Source: Botryllus schlosseri | Taxonomy: Eukaryota | Direction of reading: 5' to 3' | NCBI GenBank assembly: GCA_051294905.1 | Contig: CM119373.1 | Coordinates: forward strand, 5,272,001-5,336,000 | Length of the DNA stretch: 64,000 bases | In this document: positions 52,860 through 64,000 of the stretch, in pieces | Position numbering within the stretch: position 1 is the stretch's first letter | Layout of the letters: each line of letters begins with the position of its first letter | Translations under genes and position numbers: made by a program | The notes under the pieces: generated by a model | The model's input: the letters and a program-made list of their open reading frames with translations, nothing else | Told to the model about the DNA's origin: nothing | Databases searched by the model: none

Positions 52860-55800
52860 ACATGGATAGAATTGGACATTATTTGCAAATTACAATTCAA
52901 TTGCATAGAGGAAGAAGGGAAGCAATATGCATCTTCGCGATGCAATCACAAATTGATGCAATTTTTGGAATTATACCATGATATTGTGACAGAGCCAATA
53001 TATATCGTCGGGTTGTAAAATTGATATAAATATAACCATACGCTACTTCCACTTCAAAAATTAAAAATATTTGCAGTGTACCTTAGCTGCTTGGGTCAAA
53101 CAAATGATTCAGAAAGACTACAAGTCCTAGTCTTTGAATACTTGACTAAGTAGCCTACATGTAGACTAGACATATGCTATTTGACTACTTCCTAAATTTC
53201 GTTTATGACCAATGTATCTTAGTAGTGAGAGTGTGTGACTGTGTGTGCTTGTAATCAGTACGATGTGTAATACGGAAATTAGTAAGATGCATCTCTGTAT
53301 TAGTTGCTGACTCATACACAAGAGCAACACTACCATTGTTTTATCTACATTTTAATTATACAGGATGGGATATATGTCGTGTTTGAATGATTCATACATA
53401 TTAGGTTATCAGAGAGTCCAGTCCATGTTATAAAAACTGATGAAATATCAAAAAAGGAAGGAAATTTTGAAAGGCCATCTTTCATGCATAGTGAGTAATT
53501 CGAGTTGTGCCCCAATGAAACAATTTTGTATGCCATATCTTTAATCATGGTTATATGATAGTCATTTAACCGTCACTGTGGCATATCATTTTCGAAGTAA
53601 ATTGATAATACTGTTGGAATCAGGGTTGTAGTCGGAGTCGTTCGTTTTAAAGACTCAGGAGTCGGAGCCGTAGTCTGAGTCGGTAAGTTTAAAGACTCGG
53701 GAGTCGGAGTCGGCGTCGGTCCATTGTGAATGTGAGAAGTCGGAGTCGGAGTTGGAGTCGGTGGTAAAGTTTACCGACTCCTCAGCCCAGGTTACAATAC
53801 GTATTATGGTAGAAATGTTTAAAAAACAATTGTAATACAACGAGAGATACTTTCCTACATTCTTGGGTGGAAAGTCCATGTCCTTGCTAAGAACCTTGCC
53901 AAGGAAGTTCAACAGCAGCAGTTGTTGGCTGACAGCACTCAAGTTGTGCGTACACTGCTGGTGACACACCCTGTTGCTTCTGACAATGTTGTCAACATCA
54001 CAATTTTTCATCATGCTCTTCTTAATATAAGAATGATGCAATGCCCAAGAATTCTTTCTTTAGTTAGGATATTGCGGGACGTTGACCATAACACCATGCC
54101 TACCTATTTGTGTTATTTGACCGTTTATGATTCACAATTAGCAGACAATAAGCCGTTTACAACGGTAGGCCAACAAAGTAGGCTACCAGCTATAAAATAT
54201 CATATGATAAGTTCACCGACAGTTCAAAATCTACAATTTTGACCTAACGCTACAATTTTGACAGAATTTTGACAAATTTTGACATGTCAAAAGAAAACTG
54301 CCCTAGAAGAGTGGTAGGCCTATATGACACAACATTTTCATTTGGTCGTTTTCTGACGTTTTCTGTTTATTGTTATTGTGACACAACAACAACAGTGACG
54401 TCCATATCTTGTTCAGGTTTGTGCGGCACGACAGTGCATTTCAAGTTCAGCGTGTCTGCTTTAGGTCGGGGGGACGACATTTCATACTCGCTTACTTCCA
54501 ATCTTCATTCACTTTTGCTTTCAATAATCCACTTTCAGGTATCTAGCGCCGAGTCTAGAGCTTGTCTCAGTCTTCTTTTCGGCTTTTCAAGACGCTGGAA
54601 GCTCATCCAAGTAATATGACGTCTCTTTCATTGCCCTATTGTGGCTGCTTTAACGCAAAAATGCACGAGTGAAATTGCCGGTGCAAAAATCCCGGGTGTT
54701 GAAGCTAGAACGTCGAAATTAGTTTGCACTGATATCGATAGCAGGAAAAGTCTTTCAAAAAGAGGACATATGGTACGCCCATGTTATAAGAACTAATATC
54801 CACCGTGCCGCCTTGTTTCAGATCCGGATTTGTGATATCGGGGGGCGATGTCGCTGTTCTCCGGAGTTCCGCTCTCCGGAGTTCCACTCTCTATTGTGGA
54901 AGTTGATTGGAAGTTGTGCAGGATATTGACCGAAGACTGCATAAATAGGCATGCATTCACAGTTGCTTTAGATTGATTGATCAAAACACCATCGCCATAA
55001 ATTATGTTCTGGGATATGTTGAGCATCATAGCGATTTCACAACGGGTTGCATTCGTTACATAATACATAAATAGAAAGCATTACACCTGAATGAGTAATA
55101 CATAGCACCATATTGCATATTCCAGGCATTTTGTATGCGACCGCAAACGTACAGATGTCGCGGTATAGAGGATGTAGAGTGGATACCTACGATTCAGAAT
55201 GCATGCTGGTAACAAATGGAAATGGCATATTATAATTGTAACTCAGGGGGATCTTTGTAAGGTGCCAGAGATATTCTTCGTCCATGGAATGATGTTACCA
55301 TCGCCAAAGCCGTATCAGCTAAGGAGTAATAGTAATGTTTGGCTTAGGAGAATAGCTTATTTCAAACAAAAACACTTTTAAACGGTAATCAATTTTAGCA
55401 TGTCAATAATGCTTTACTAAAGCGTACTTCTGAAATCTCAAATCAGGCCGCGGGCCGCAAAATATGACCTCACAGCCCTCGTGTTGATGACACCCGCCGT
55501 ATTATGCGAGCCAAATGAATTGAAAAAAGTTTGGTGCACATATATGTGCATTTGATATGGTTGAATAATACATTCATATATATTATGTCATATTATATAT
55601 TTTGTGCTGATTCCCATCAGAGGGTATATTTAAACATTTGCTTTACGAAAGTTGTGTTAATGAGATTTATAGAATTCTAAAACGTGCCCTACTTATGACA
55701 AGCAGATACATTAGACGTAATTCAAATCAAGAGTATGAATATATATGTTGTATTTGCATTGATGAGAGCAGTTCAAGGATACACCGACCGTATCTGGGAT

Positions 55801-56799
55801 CTCCAATGCAATACATCTGGTGAGTAGTACTCTGCATTTGCTTACGGTGATTGACGGTTCATGACAATGCAGGTAGGTTGGACAATGTCTCCACGATATT
55901 TATTTGTCAAATGAAGTCACAATGGCTTATTCCGACGTTAAAATGTGACTTAATAGTCACTCGAATTTCACAAACCACGGAAGTGGTTCGCATGTCAGCC
56001 GTGACAGAACTTGCAATAACTTATAGATTTGTTTGTTAGAGCCATTTTCCTCAACGTTTATGAAGCGATGAACCGTTAGCTGGACACCGCAGACTAATCT
56101 AGAGTGGAGTAACACTACTGTAAAATTTACCTGCAGTATTGATAAGGTGGCTTTCTGAGGAAATCGGATATTGAGAAACAAAATCCCAGATGTTTATATT
56201 TAATTTCAATCAACTACATCATTCGGACTGCCTCAATCGCCTTCCTGGTTATCGATATCAGCCATACTGAAAACGAATAATGGTGGACTGATCGGGAAAA
56301 GGGCGATGCATTTTACTGAGTAAACTCTTTTAATATTGCAAAAACTTGAATCTCGATCTTAAGAAAATAGATATCAGCGATAATGAAGATGTTGGTAATT
56401 TCAGCTAAGAATGCGACATACAAAGCTCATGCATACAACAACATTTTTGAACTGTCATTTGGGTAATATAGGACACTCGCTCTAGAGCAGGGCTCTTCAA
56501 CCGGGTGTATCGTACACCCTATGGTGTACCAAAATTTTAAAAAAGTGTACCGCTCAGATGAGGGGAATTGGGGTGTACCATCTCCGCATTAAAATAAACT
56601 AACGAGTCGTTAGTAACGACTATAGGTATCACATTAAATAGGCAATTCAATGCTTCAGGACATGTTGACTGGGTGTGCAATATCGTATAATGTTCAGTTG
56701 TTCATATTAGCTGTACGCAGCTTGTGAATTGCATTCCTACACTGTAAAAATTATTGTTGTAAATTTACGACAAAAAGCCTGGTGATTTCCAATACAGGC

Positions 56800-56980
56800 T
56801 TACAACCATAAGCTTGCAAACTCATTACAAGCTAACAGCCATAAGCCTGTAAGCTCACTACAGCCATAAGCCTGTAAGCTCACTATACAGCCACAACCCT
56901 GTAAGCTCACTACAGCCATAACCCTGTAAGCTCACTACAGCCATAACCCTGTAAGCTCACTACAACCATAAGCTTGTAGC
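56800..56980. repeat. 25-bp subterminal tandem repeat
   Basis: cagccataa(g/c)cctgtaagctcacta repeated about 5-6 times. Confidence 0.9.
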
Positions 56981-57583
56981 TCTCTCTCTTTCTCATACCT
57001 ATAATCTTGCACCTGATACCGGCAGTACTCGACAGTACAACTGACATGATGCACGGTGGTCATGATTGTTCACAAATCAATAGAAAGAACAGGCATTTTG
57101 TATACAGCAAATGAATATGAAGCAGAAGCAACACATGCAGCAGGAACAGTAGATACACCAGCAGTCAGCACAGTACAATAACACAGTATGGAACAATAAC
57201 AAAAGTGTCACGACTTGGCCATCAGAGACCTATGTTAATAAGATTGAAGAGGTCAAAGTAAAGGCAAGATCACATTATTCAGCATGGGAACGTGGGTATA
57301 TGTCATGATTTATTGCTCAGGGGCAGCAATTGCCACGTGCTGATACTTCTCGTAGTATAGTAAATGAATGGAAAGTACGCAAGTACTCTGAAACAGTTAA
57401 TTTGGCCAGATACTAACTTATTCCACTTCTATTTGTACTTTACAGAAGTAGCAGAGTAAAAATTAAGTTTAGAGCAGTTCAAAATGTGATTTAGCACTAC
57501 AAAAAAGCTAAATTTTCTTGATAACTGATCATTCTTTACATCAATGTCCATTAGTTGTAAAATCAGTCGAATCACTTTCTATA

Positions 57584-60141
57584 TCACATGTTATCACAGA
57601 TTGTAGTGACTGCAGATGGTACACGCAGTCCCTTGATTTTGCCAATGCAGATGGATAAGAAATGCAATGTGTTATTCACACTGCGCTCGAATTGGATATT
57701 AAATACCCAATGCAGGGATAGAATGATAGCCAAAGCATATGCAAAATCTACAACGTCATTAATCTCAATCCCATCAAAGTGTACCGTCCATATCTTTTTC
57801 CCAGTGTCCAAATGTATGATTGGGTTTGGTGATTCCGAAACATCCTGAAAAGAAAGGTACATCTGTATATTGAAAGGCAATGAGAGTAGTACGACTACGA
57901 GAGTAATTTTTTATCAAACAGGTGTAATTGGTCCAACAATGACGAGTACAGCACTTACTAACACACTGGTTCTCAACCGGTATGCCGCGACACACTAGTG
58001 TGCAATCTATGTCTCGCAAGGGTGCTTCAAGAGATTTCTTCTACATAGGAAATTATGCGCGAAATACTTCCAGTCTTTATACAGCAAATGATCATTAATC
58101 TAAATCGGCTCTATCTGACAAATCACAATTGCTGTCATGCCCAATGTTCCCTCTAAGCTGCGCACAAAAAATTCGAAGTGATAACCTTTTTTTTCGTGGT
58201 TACGTACTGTTGTCCAAGTAACCGCGCAGTGAGTGTGTGCTGACTCGTAAAAATTAGAGGGAACATTGGTCCCGCCCGCAATCAATACCCCGCTCGAATT
58301 CGCTTTACTCGGCATATCCTCATCGTCTTCCTAATTACCAGCGAGAAATGAACCCACTTGGAAGTGACGGTCCCGTTCAAAAATTTGACGAACATAGCCA
58401 TCCACATTGCGATTGTTAGGTAGCGTATCAGTACTGCCGTTAAAATGTAGGCGCGAAGTGCAACGTAACGTTATGTTACAGGTGCCGAATATGAGAATTG
58501 AAAAGTATAGTTGATCAAATTATATCAGCTAACACATTTCCCCGTCCCAGTTTGTTGGAACTATAATTGAGCTGCAGGTGGCTGCCAATAGAACTACAGC
58601 AGTGGTTCTCAACCGGTGTGCCGTGACAGATTTCTTCTAAATTTTGAAATTATGTGCAAAATAATTCTAGGATGTAGGAAATGATCAGTATACTACATAA
58701 GACTCGATTTGAAGTTTGTACATATGACAAAACGAAATTGCTGTCATGCCATCGTGTGCTCGAAAGGCTGAATTCAGCAGACATGGCGCCACCTGTGTGA
58801 CAATGCAGTATTCTGGCAGTTTACAGAGGCGTCAAAAAATGTTGCGATCCACTGTGCTAGTGTGCCGCAAACTATTTTCAATTTTCAAAGGGTGCCGCAA
58901 GGTCAAAAAGGTTGAGAACAACTGAACTACAATATTGAGGTATTGCTATCCTCACACGTATTACACGATCTGCGAGGAAATGCGTTAGGCGTCCATGTAT
59001 ACGCCTCTGTATTTGGTAGCGATCGTGTTTGGCCTCTTCAGAGCAATGGTTAATTACATTGCCAATGCGGAAGTGGGCTGAGCTTATTGTCTAACTAATA
59101 TATCGGACTCTTGGCTTATAATGATCGCAGCAAGGTTATATTCATAGTAATGCAATGACGGTATGTATTTGGTACGAACCTGATCTATAACCAAAAATTT
59201 GTCGTATGACTCTTTGAACATTGCAGGCATACCGACCATCCAATTTATTTTCACAAAATCTGAAAAAAATTCTTATTTTTAGACATCCAATAATTTGTAT
59301 TCTTGAAGCATCGTACCCATCACAGCTGTAATGCTGGTTGGCACACGACTCCAGTTTATTTTTGTCGCGTGCTTAGAGAATATTTCTTTTTCTTGGATAT
59401 TGTCCAGTATATTCAGACCATTGTTTATGATCTTCATCTCCTCCAATAGCTGAAACATCAACAATTACCAGTGAACAGAAATCGAACAAATGATATTTTT
59501 CTTACCCAATATGATTCTCTCAGCGGATATTCAATAAGAATTTCAGCAGTTGGCATGCAGGCTTCTATGTCAGACCGGCGACCTTTGAAGGTGGCTTTCA
59601 TGGATTGCAATAGCTCTCCCTTCGCTGGGTTTGACGCACTCGATTCCGACAATATGAATGCCTTGTGTTCAGCTGAACTTTTATCATTGGTCAACGATTC
59701 TATTTCCTGAAATTTTTAGTTGATATGAATCAGTGGTTCTCAACCTTGAGGCTTCCTTGAAATAGCAGTTTCATACTTCGTCCGCAACATCAGAACTTCT
59801 GGGTTTCTTGCATCGTGGGCTTGCCGTAGGCGATTCTTCAGCAGGAAGCCGTCTCCGCGGGCCAGTCCGTCTTAACTTTTTTTCTGTTTGCTAGGAGAAC
59901 CGGGTCGTCTGTGTCTTTCATTTTCCGATGCTCGTTATATATTTTGTCGTTGAGTCTCGTTATCCATGAGTACTAAAATGTATCGAATTTGACAGAGTGT
60001 GATATTTCCACACTGCAAGCCTCAAAACTTACATATGGCGGAAGAAAATTATCTTCAACAGCCGTAACTAATTTCAGAATTGGATATTTCCGAATTAGAG
60101 CTGAACATGCCTCTTTTCTCGCATGCGTTGGCGGAGAAAGT
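57584..60141 (-). CDS. Spliced SAMD3-like (EnSpm accessory-type) gene. Exons 60141-60033, 59972-59777, 59706-59506, 59449-59317, 59259-59180, 57844-57584; 5' exons unresolved; one 1-nt frameshift.
   Basis: Canonical AG/GT with 56-70-nt introns and compatible phases. Motifs ACSALIRKYPIL, YSWITRLNDKIYNEHRK, MKATFKGRRSDI...ILIEYP, GMPAMFKES and ALAIILSLHWVFNIQF...TLHFL resemble, from memory, SAMD3-like proteins of animal EnSpm elements. Confidence 0.7.
58600..58924. mobile_element. hAT-Charlie MITE in the last intron; related copy from ~57965 with nested MITE 58142-58269
   Basis: cagtggttctcaacc / ggttgagaacaactg; TSD aactacag/aactacaa. Confidence 0.8.
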
Positions 60142-62039
60142 CTGAACAAAAAGTTCACGTATATAATCAACCTCATTGCACTAAAATTGGTACACAGTGA
60201 GTTGGGCTGTTGAAGTAACAGAGCTGAACTGGAGTAAAACATGGCCATAGCATCTGAAGGGAGCACAAAGCCACAATCGACGGGAATTATTTTGCGCCCC
60301 GTGCGATTTGCCCCACAACTCATAATTAATTATTGCCGCATATAATTCAAATTTAACATTTGAAAATTTTCTCAGCAATAGCCATAACCTTCCTTGCCAT
60401 CAGACTATCCGTGTCCATGTCTGATAACCACTGCACTAGTATATTAATCACTAGAACAGCCATTTTCTGCACCCGAGCTGAACTTGCCTGTGTTCTTGAT
60501 ACGAGGGCGGATAATGTCGTAATGGAAGTTTACATGTTTTATGTTATTAAAATCAACGTAAATGCGCCAAATGTCAGTTCGGCACTCAGCGCTCAGCACG
60601 GTGTGAGCATGTAGGTTATAGTTGTCACAAGTCACAATGTGCTTCGGGAAATAGTACCTAATAACACTGATGGGTAGTGAGTAATGAAATACTTATAATT
60701 TTTCAAATAAGTTGAGGTAGCGTTGGTACAACTTTGTGTCACTTTCCGAGTGAAACAGCATGAAATAACCATCACAGTCACAATCAATTTTCGAAGATTT
60801 TAACTTATTTGTAGCGTCATTATCAGTCATTTTCCATTAGTCGTGAATAGGTATCTTGCAATTTCGAAAGCAGTCAGTACCGATTGACAGCTAAAATCTT
60901 GTTAAACGTTCACCAAACATATATCTTACAAAATACTTACTCGACTGTCGACTACATCTGTTTGTTTTCTTCCGCAGTATAGAGGCTACGAGATCAGTCA
61001 TGATTGATGAAACATTGTTGCGTTGTTCTGACTATTGCAGACCACAGGGTAGGCCTACATCTCCAGCACTTTGACATATCACCTGCAAGATAAAATTGTG
61101 CTGAATTCTACACCATCAAGTATATCCGATGGCAGAGTATCTTACCAATTTTGTGTCATTAATAGATTCACAATGCTGACACATCAATTGGAATTACACA
61201 GACCATATACAAGGCAAATCTGTCACTTTTGAAGCATCTGTAACACAAATATGCCAAGTAATTAATCAACTAGACCTGTGAGGCCGAAATTTTAAATTTA
61301 CCTGAATTTCTCTTTAAATTCAATTTTAACTGGCCGTCGTTGGAATCAGCCATCCCAGACAACATCTTAGTAACAGTAACCAATGCTGGCATCGTCTACT
61401 TCATGGAATACGTCCGCTATAGCAAACAGGACTAATTCTATATTCTGCAAAGTCACCAAATCACATATAATTTTTCTACGTACCAATCTCTTGGCTGCAG
61501 TTATCAATTGAGCACGACTGCACAAGAATATATAGGCTATATAATATAGCCATCGCAGCGGTGGAATCCCTTTCAATAAGATAATACTGACTGAAAAACT
61601 TGCCAATTTTCCGGGCTCTGCTGTACTCTCACTACGTATTCGCGCCATCTACTACACAAAACGAATTAAGCCGGATATGACGTCAAAGGGTTCTCACTAA
61701 AGGTGAATGACGCACAACCTCATAATCTGCACATAGATACTACGTCTCTAACACTTCCTATCTACAAATGACGCGACACATAGCAGCCCTCAATAAGATT
61801 CGGCCTGACTATGATCTCGACTCAAGCTGCAACAAACGCTACAGCTGACGGCAAAGCTTCTGCTGTCCAGTGAAGCCGAAACGAAAGGAATCGGCAGGCA
61901 ACATTTTGGCGGACTTTTACCGAACTGTTCAAGGTTCAACCGCGGCCGTGTCTTTATTTTGTACAATATGCATTAACGATCTGTGATTAAAGTAATAATG
62001 ATGAAAAATAATGACCATAATACTTCTGTTGTCTTGAGT

Positions 62040-63410
62040 ATGCCTGCGGTATGTATGGAGTATTATGGACTACGTTTCCAGTAGGACATCAAATCTGGGG
62101 CGTATCTAGGGTGTGTTCGGATTATGTTGTCAATCGGAAACCATGTCTGCGGTATATCTGGGGTGCGTTTGGGCTGTGTTATTTCCACTCGAACATCAAG
62201 ACTAGAGTGTGGCCTACGTGTCCACTTAATCATCTTCATGTCCAATAAACCAATGATGATGTCTGCGGTATGGCTGATGTATGTTGGGGCTGCGTTGGCC
62301 CCCGTGGATCAGACCTGGGTCATGTCTGGGGTGTGTTTGGACTGCTTAGACACTCCGACAGCATGTCTGCAGCATATCTGGAGTATAGGCTCGGACTTCG
62401 TAGTCAATCGGACATCATGTCAGGGGTGTTTACGGATTGCCTCGACACTCAGACATCATGTATGGGGCATGTCTGGGGTGAGTTTGCAATGCGCTGACAC
62501 TAGGACATCGTGTTTGGGGCATGTCTGTGGTGTGCTATAACTGTGTTGTCACTCGGAAATCATGTCTGAGGCATGTCTGGGACGTGTTCGTTATTCTCTG
62601 TCGACACTCAAAGATCATGTCTGGGTCATGTCGGGGGTGCGTTCGGACTGCGTTGACGCTCTGACATCATGTCTGAGGCATGTCTTGAGCTGGTTCCGAC
62701 TTCGTTGCCAATCGAACATAATATCAGGGGTGTTTTAGGACTGCTTTGACACTCAGACATCATGTCTGGGGAATGTCTGGGGCATGTCTGGGGTCAGTTT
62801 GAACTGCGTTGACACTCTGACATCATGTCTGAGGCATGTCTGGAGTAGCTTCCGACTTCGTTGCCAATCGAACATAATATCTGGGGTGTTTTAGGACTGC
62901 TTTGACACTCAGACATCATGTCTGGGACATGTCTGGGCATGTCTGGGGTGAGTTTGAACTGCGTTGACACTCGGACATCATGTCAGAGGCATGTATGGAG
63001 TAGGTTCAGACTGCATTTCAACTCCGACTTCGTGTCTGGGCATATCGAATGTGTGTTCGAACTGCGTTGTCACCGGAATATCATGTCTGGGATATGTGTG
63101 GCGTGAGTGCTGCGGTCTTCGTTTGAGACACGAACATCATGTATGGCAAAAGTCTGGGGAGTGTTCGGACTGTGTTGACACAGGACATCATGTTTAATAA
63201 ATGTTTGGAGTATGTTCGGACAGGGTTGCAGATCGAACATCATGCCGGGTGAGTTTGGACTTCGTTTCAACTCAAACGTCATGTCTGGGTCATGTCTTGG
63301 TCATATCCGGGGGTGTTCGACCTGCGTTGCCAGTCCGACATCATGTATGAGGTATGTCTGGAGTATAAGTTCAAACTTCGTTGTACATTATTGGACATCA
63401 TTTCTGAAGC
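62040..63410. repeat. Complex ~40-52-bp tandem array with a ~156-bp higher-order repeat, rich in CATGTCT
   Basis: Unit gacatcatgtctggggcatgtctggggtgtgttcggactgcgttgacactc; 62661-62816 is repeated from 62817. Confidence 0.9.
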
Positions 63411-64000
63411 ATGTCAATTTACAAGCACGACAGCTTGTTATGTGCCTGCATTTGGCGTTTACAACCTCCACAAGCTTGCAGTCCGCCATTACAAGCTGAT
63501 TACAGGGTACTTTACAACAATAATTTTTACAGTGTAGTGTGATGTTGTAAGAAAATGCTTCTCTTCATTTAATCGTTGGTAATGGACTTATTGGTTCGTT
63601 TTGGAGTAGTACTGGATGGATTTACCATGTGTTCAGCTTGCTGAATCTGTCTATAATGATTCTTGAGGAAACCGCCGCTAGAACTCAGGCATTTGGAATT
63701 GGTAGGCTATTTCCTGCAAGATGCTTATAAATAGCGCAATCTTCATATAATTGCAGGGGTACCGGGAAGGGGGTCGAGTTTGACAAGCACTGTACAAGAT
63801 GGTGGTCCGGTAACCTCGTGGTCAGATTGGTATTTAGAATTTCCAATATGTTGCAGCCTTGCTGATCCTTATTTCAACAGTCCAGAGCGGCCAACCTGCA
63901 GACGTACGGTCGCATGCAGCCAATAAACAATAGGTATGCGGACCTCGTCACATAATTAAATTAGCGAGTGCGGCGGCCGTCAACATGCAATTTGGAATAC

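Larger units (their letters stand above)
50624..53790. mobile_element. hAT element with (GGAGTC)n subterminal repeats
   Basis: cagggctgtggag / ctcctcagcccag; perfect TSD GTTACAAT. Confidence 0.85.
50324..54305 (-). mobile_element. TAGGGC-ended hAT-like element split by nested insertions
   Basis: 50324-50623 and 53791-54305 together form the reverse complement of 50804-51985. Confidence 0.75.
56740..63534 (-). mobile_element. EnSpm/CACTA (CMC)-type DNA transposon, no transposase seen
   Basis: Perfect 24-bp TIR CACTGTAAAAATTATTGTTGTAAA (56740-56763, 63511-63534); TA on both flanks; subterminal tandem repeats at both ends. Confidence 0.9.

Noticed and set aside
55762..56146. Possible Ig-like exons (DLQCNTSG|EP...VKFTCSI)
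   Set aside because: In-frame stop, short cysteine spacing and weak motifs; at best a decayed fragment.
56800..56980. CRISPR-like array
   Set aside because: Head-to-tail repeats without unique spacers, in eukaryotic DNA with no cas genes.
62051..63537. Cluster of Cys/Gly/Val-rich ORFs
   Set aside because: Translations of the tandem repeat array in several frames; no consistent frame.

Overview
AT-rich (roughly 38% GC by eye), transposon-dense eukaryotic DNA with GT-AG introns, several only 56-76 nt long. An invertebrate such as an ascidian is a guess and cannot be shown from this window. Main contents: (1) a spliced + strand gene for a probably secreted protein with 35-nt and 10-nt microexons, a Thr-rich stalk and an atypical pentraxin domain (2797-10302), plus a truncated, frameshifted tandem paralog (16030-20503); (2) an orphan C-type lectin exon; (3) a possible decayed Polinton/Maverick-like arm starting with AGTAGT (24498-~31700); (4) a full-length but disrupted Mag-like Ty3/Gypsy element with 136-bp LTRs, a tRNA-Ser PBS and a 5-bp TSD (32266-36690); (5) a 6.8-kb CACTG-ended EnSpm/CMC-type element (56740-63534) with no visible transposase, carrying a multi-exon SAMD3-like accessory gene and an upstream array of p53-type half-sites; (6) many nested hAT and Harbinger MITEs, tRNA-derived SINEs, a solo LTR and a 28-bp TIR-only insertion. 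All calls come from manual reading; no searches were run.
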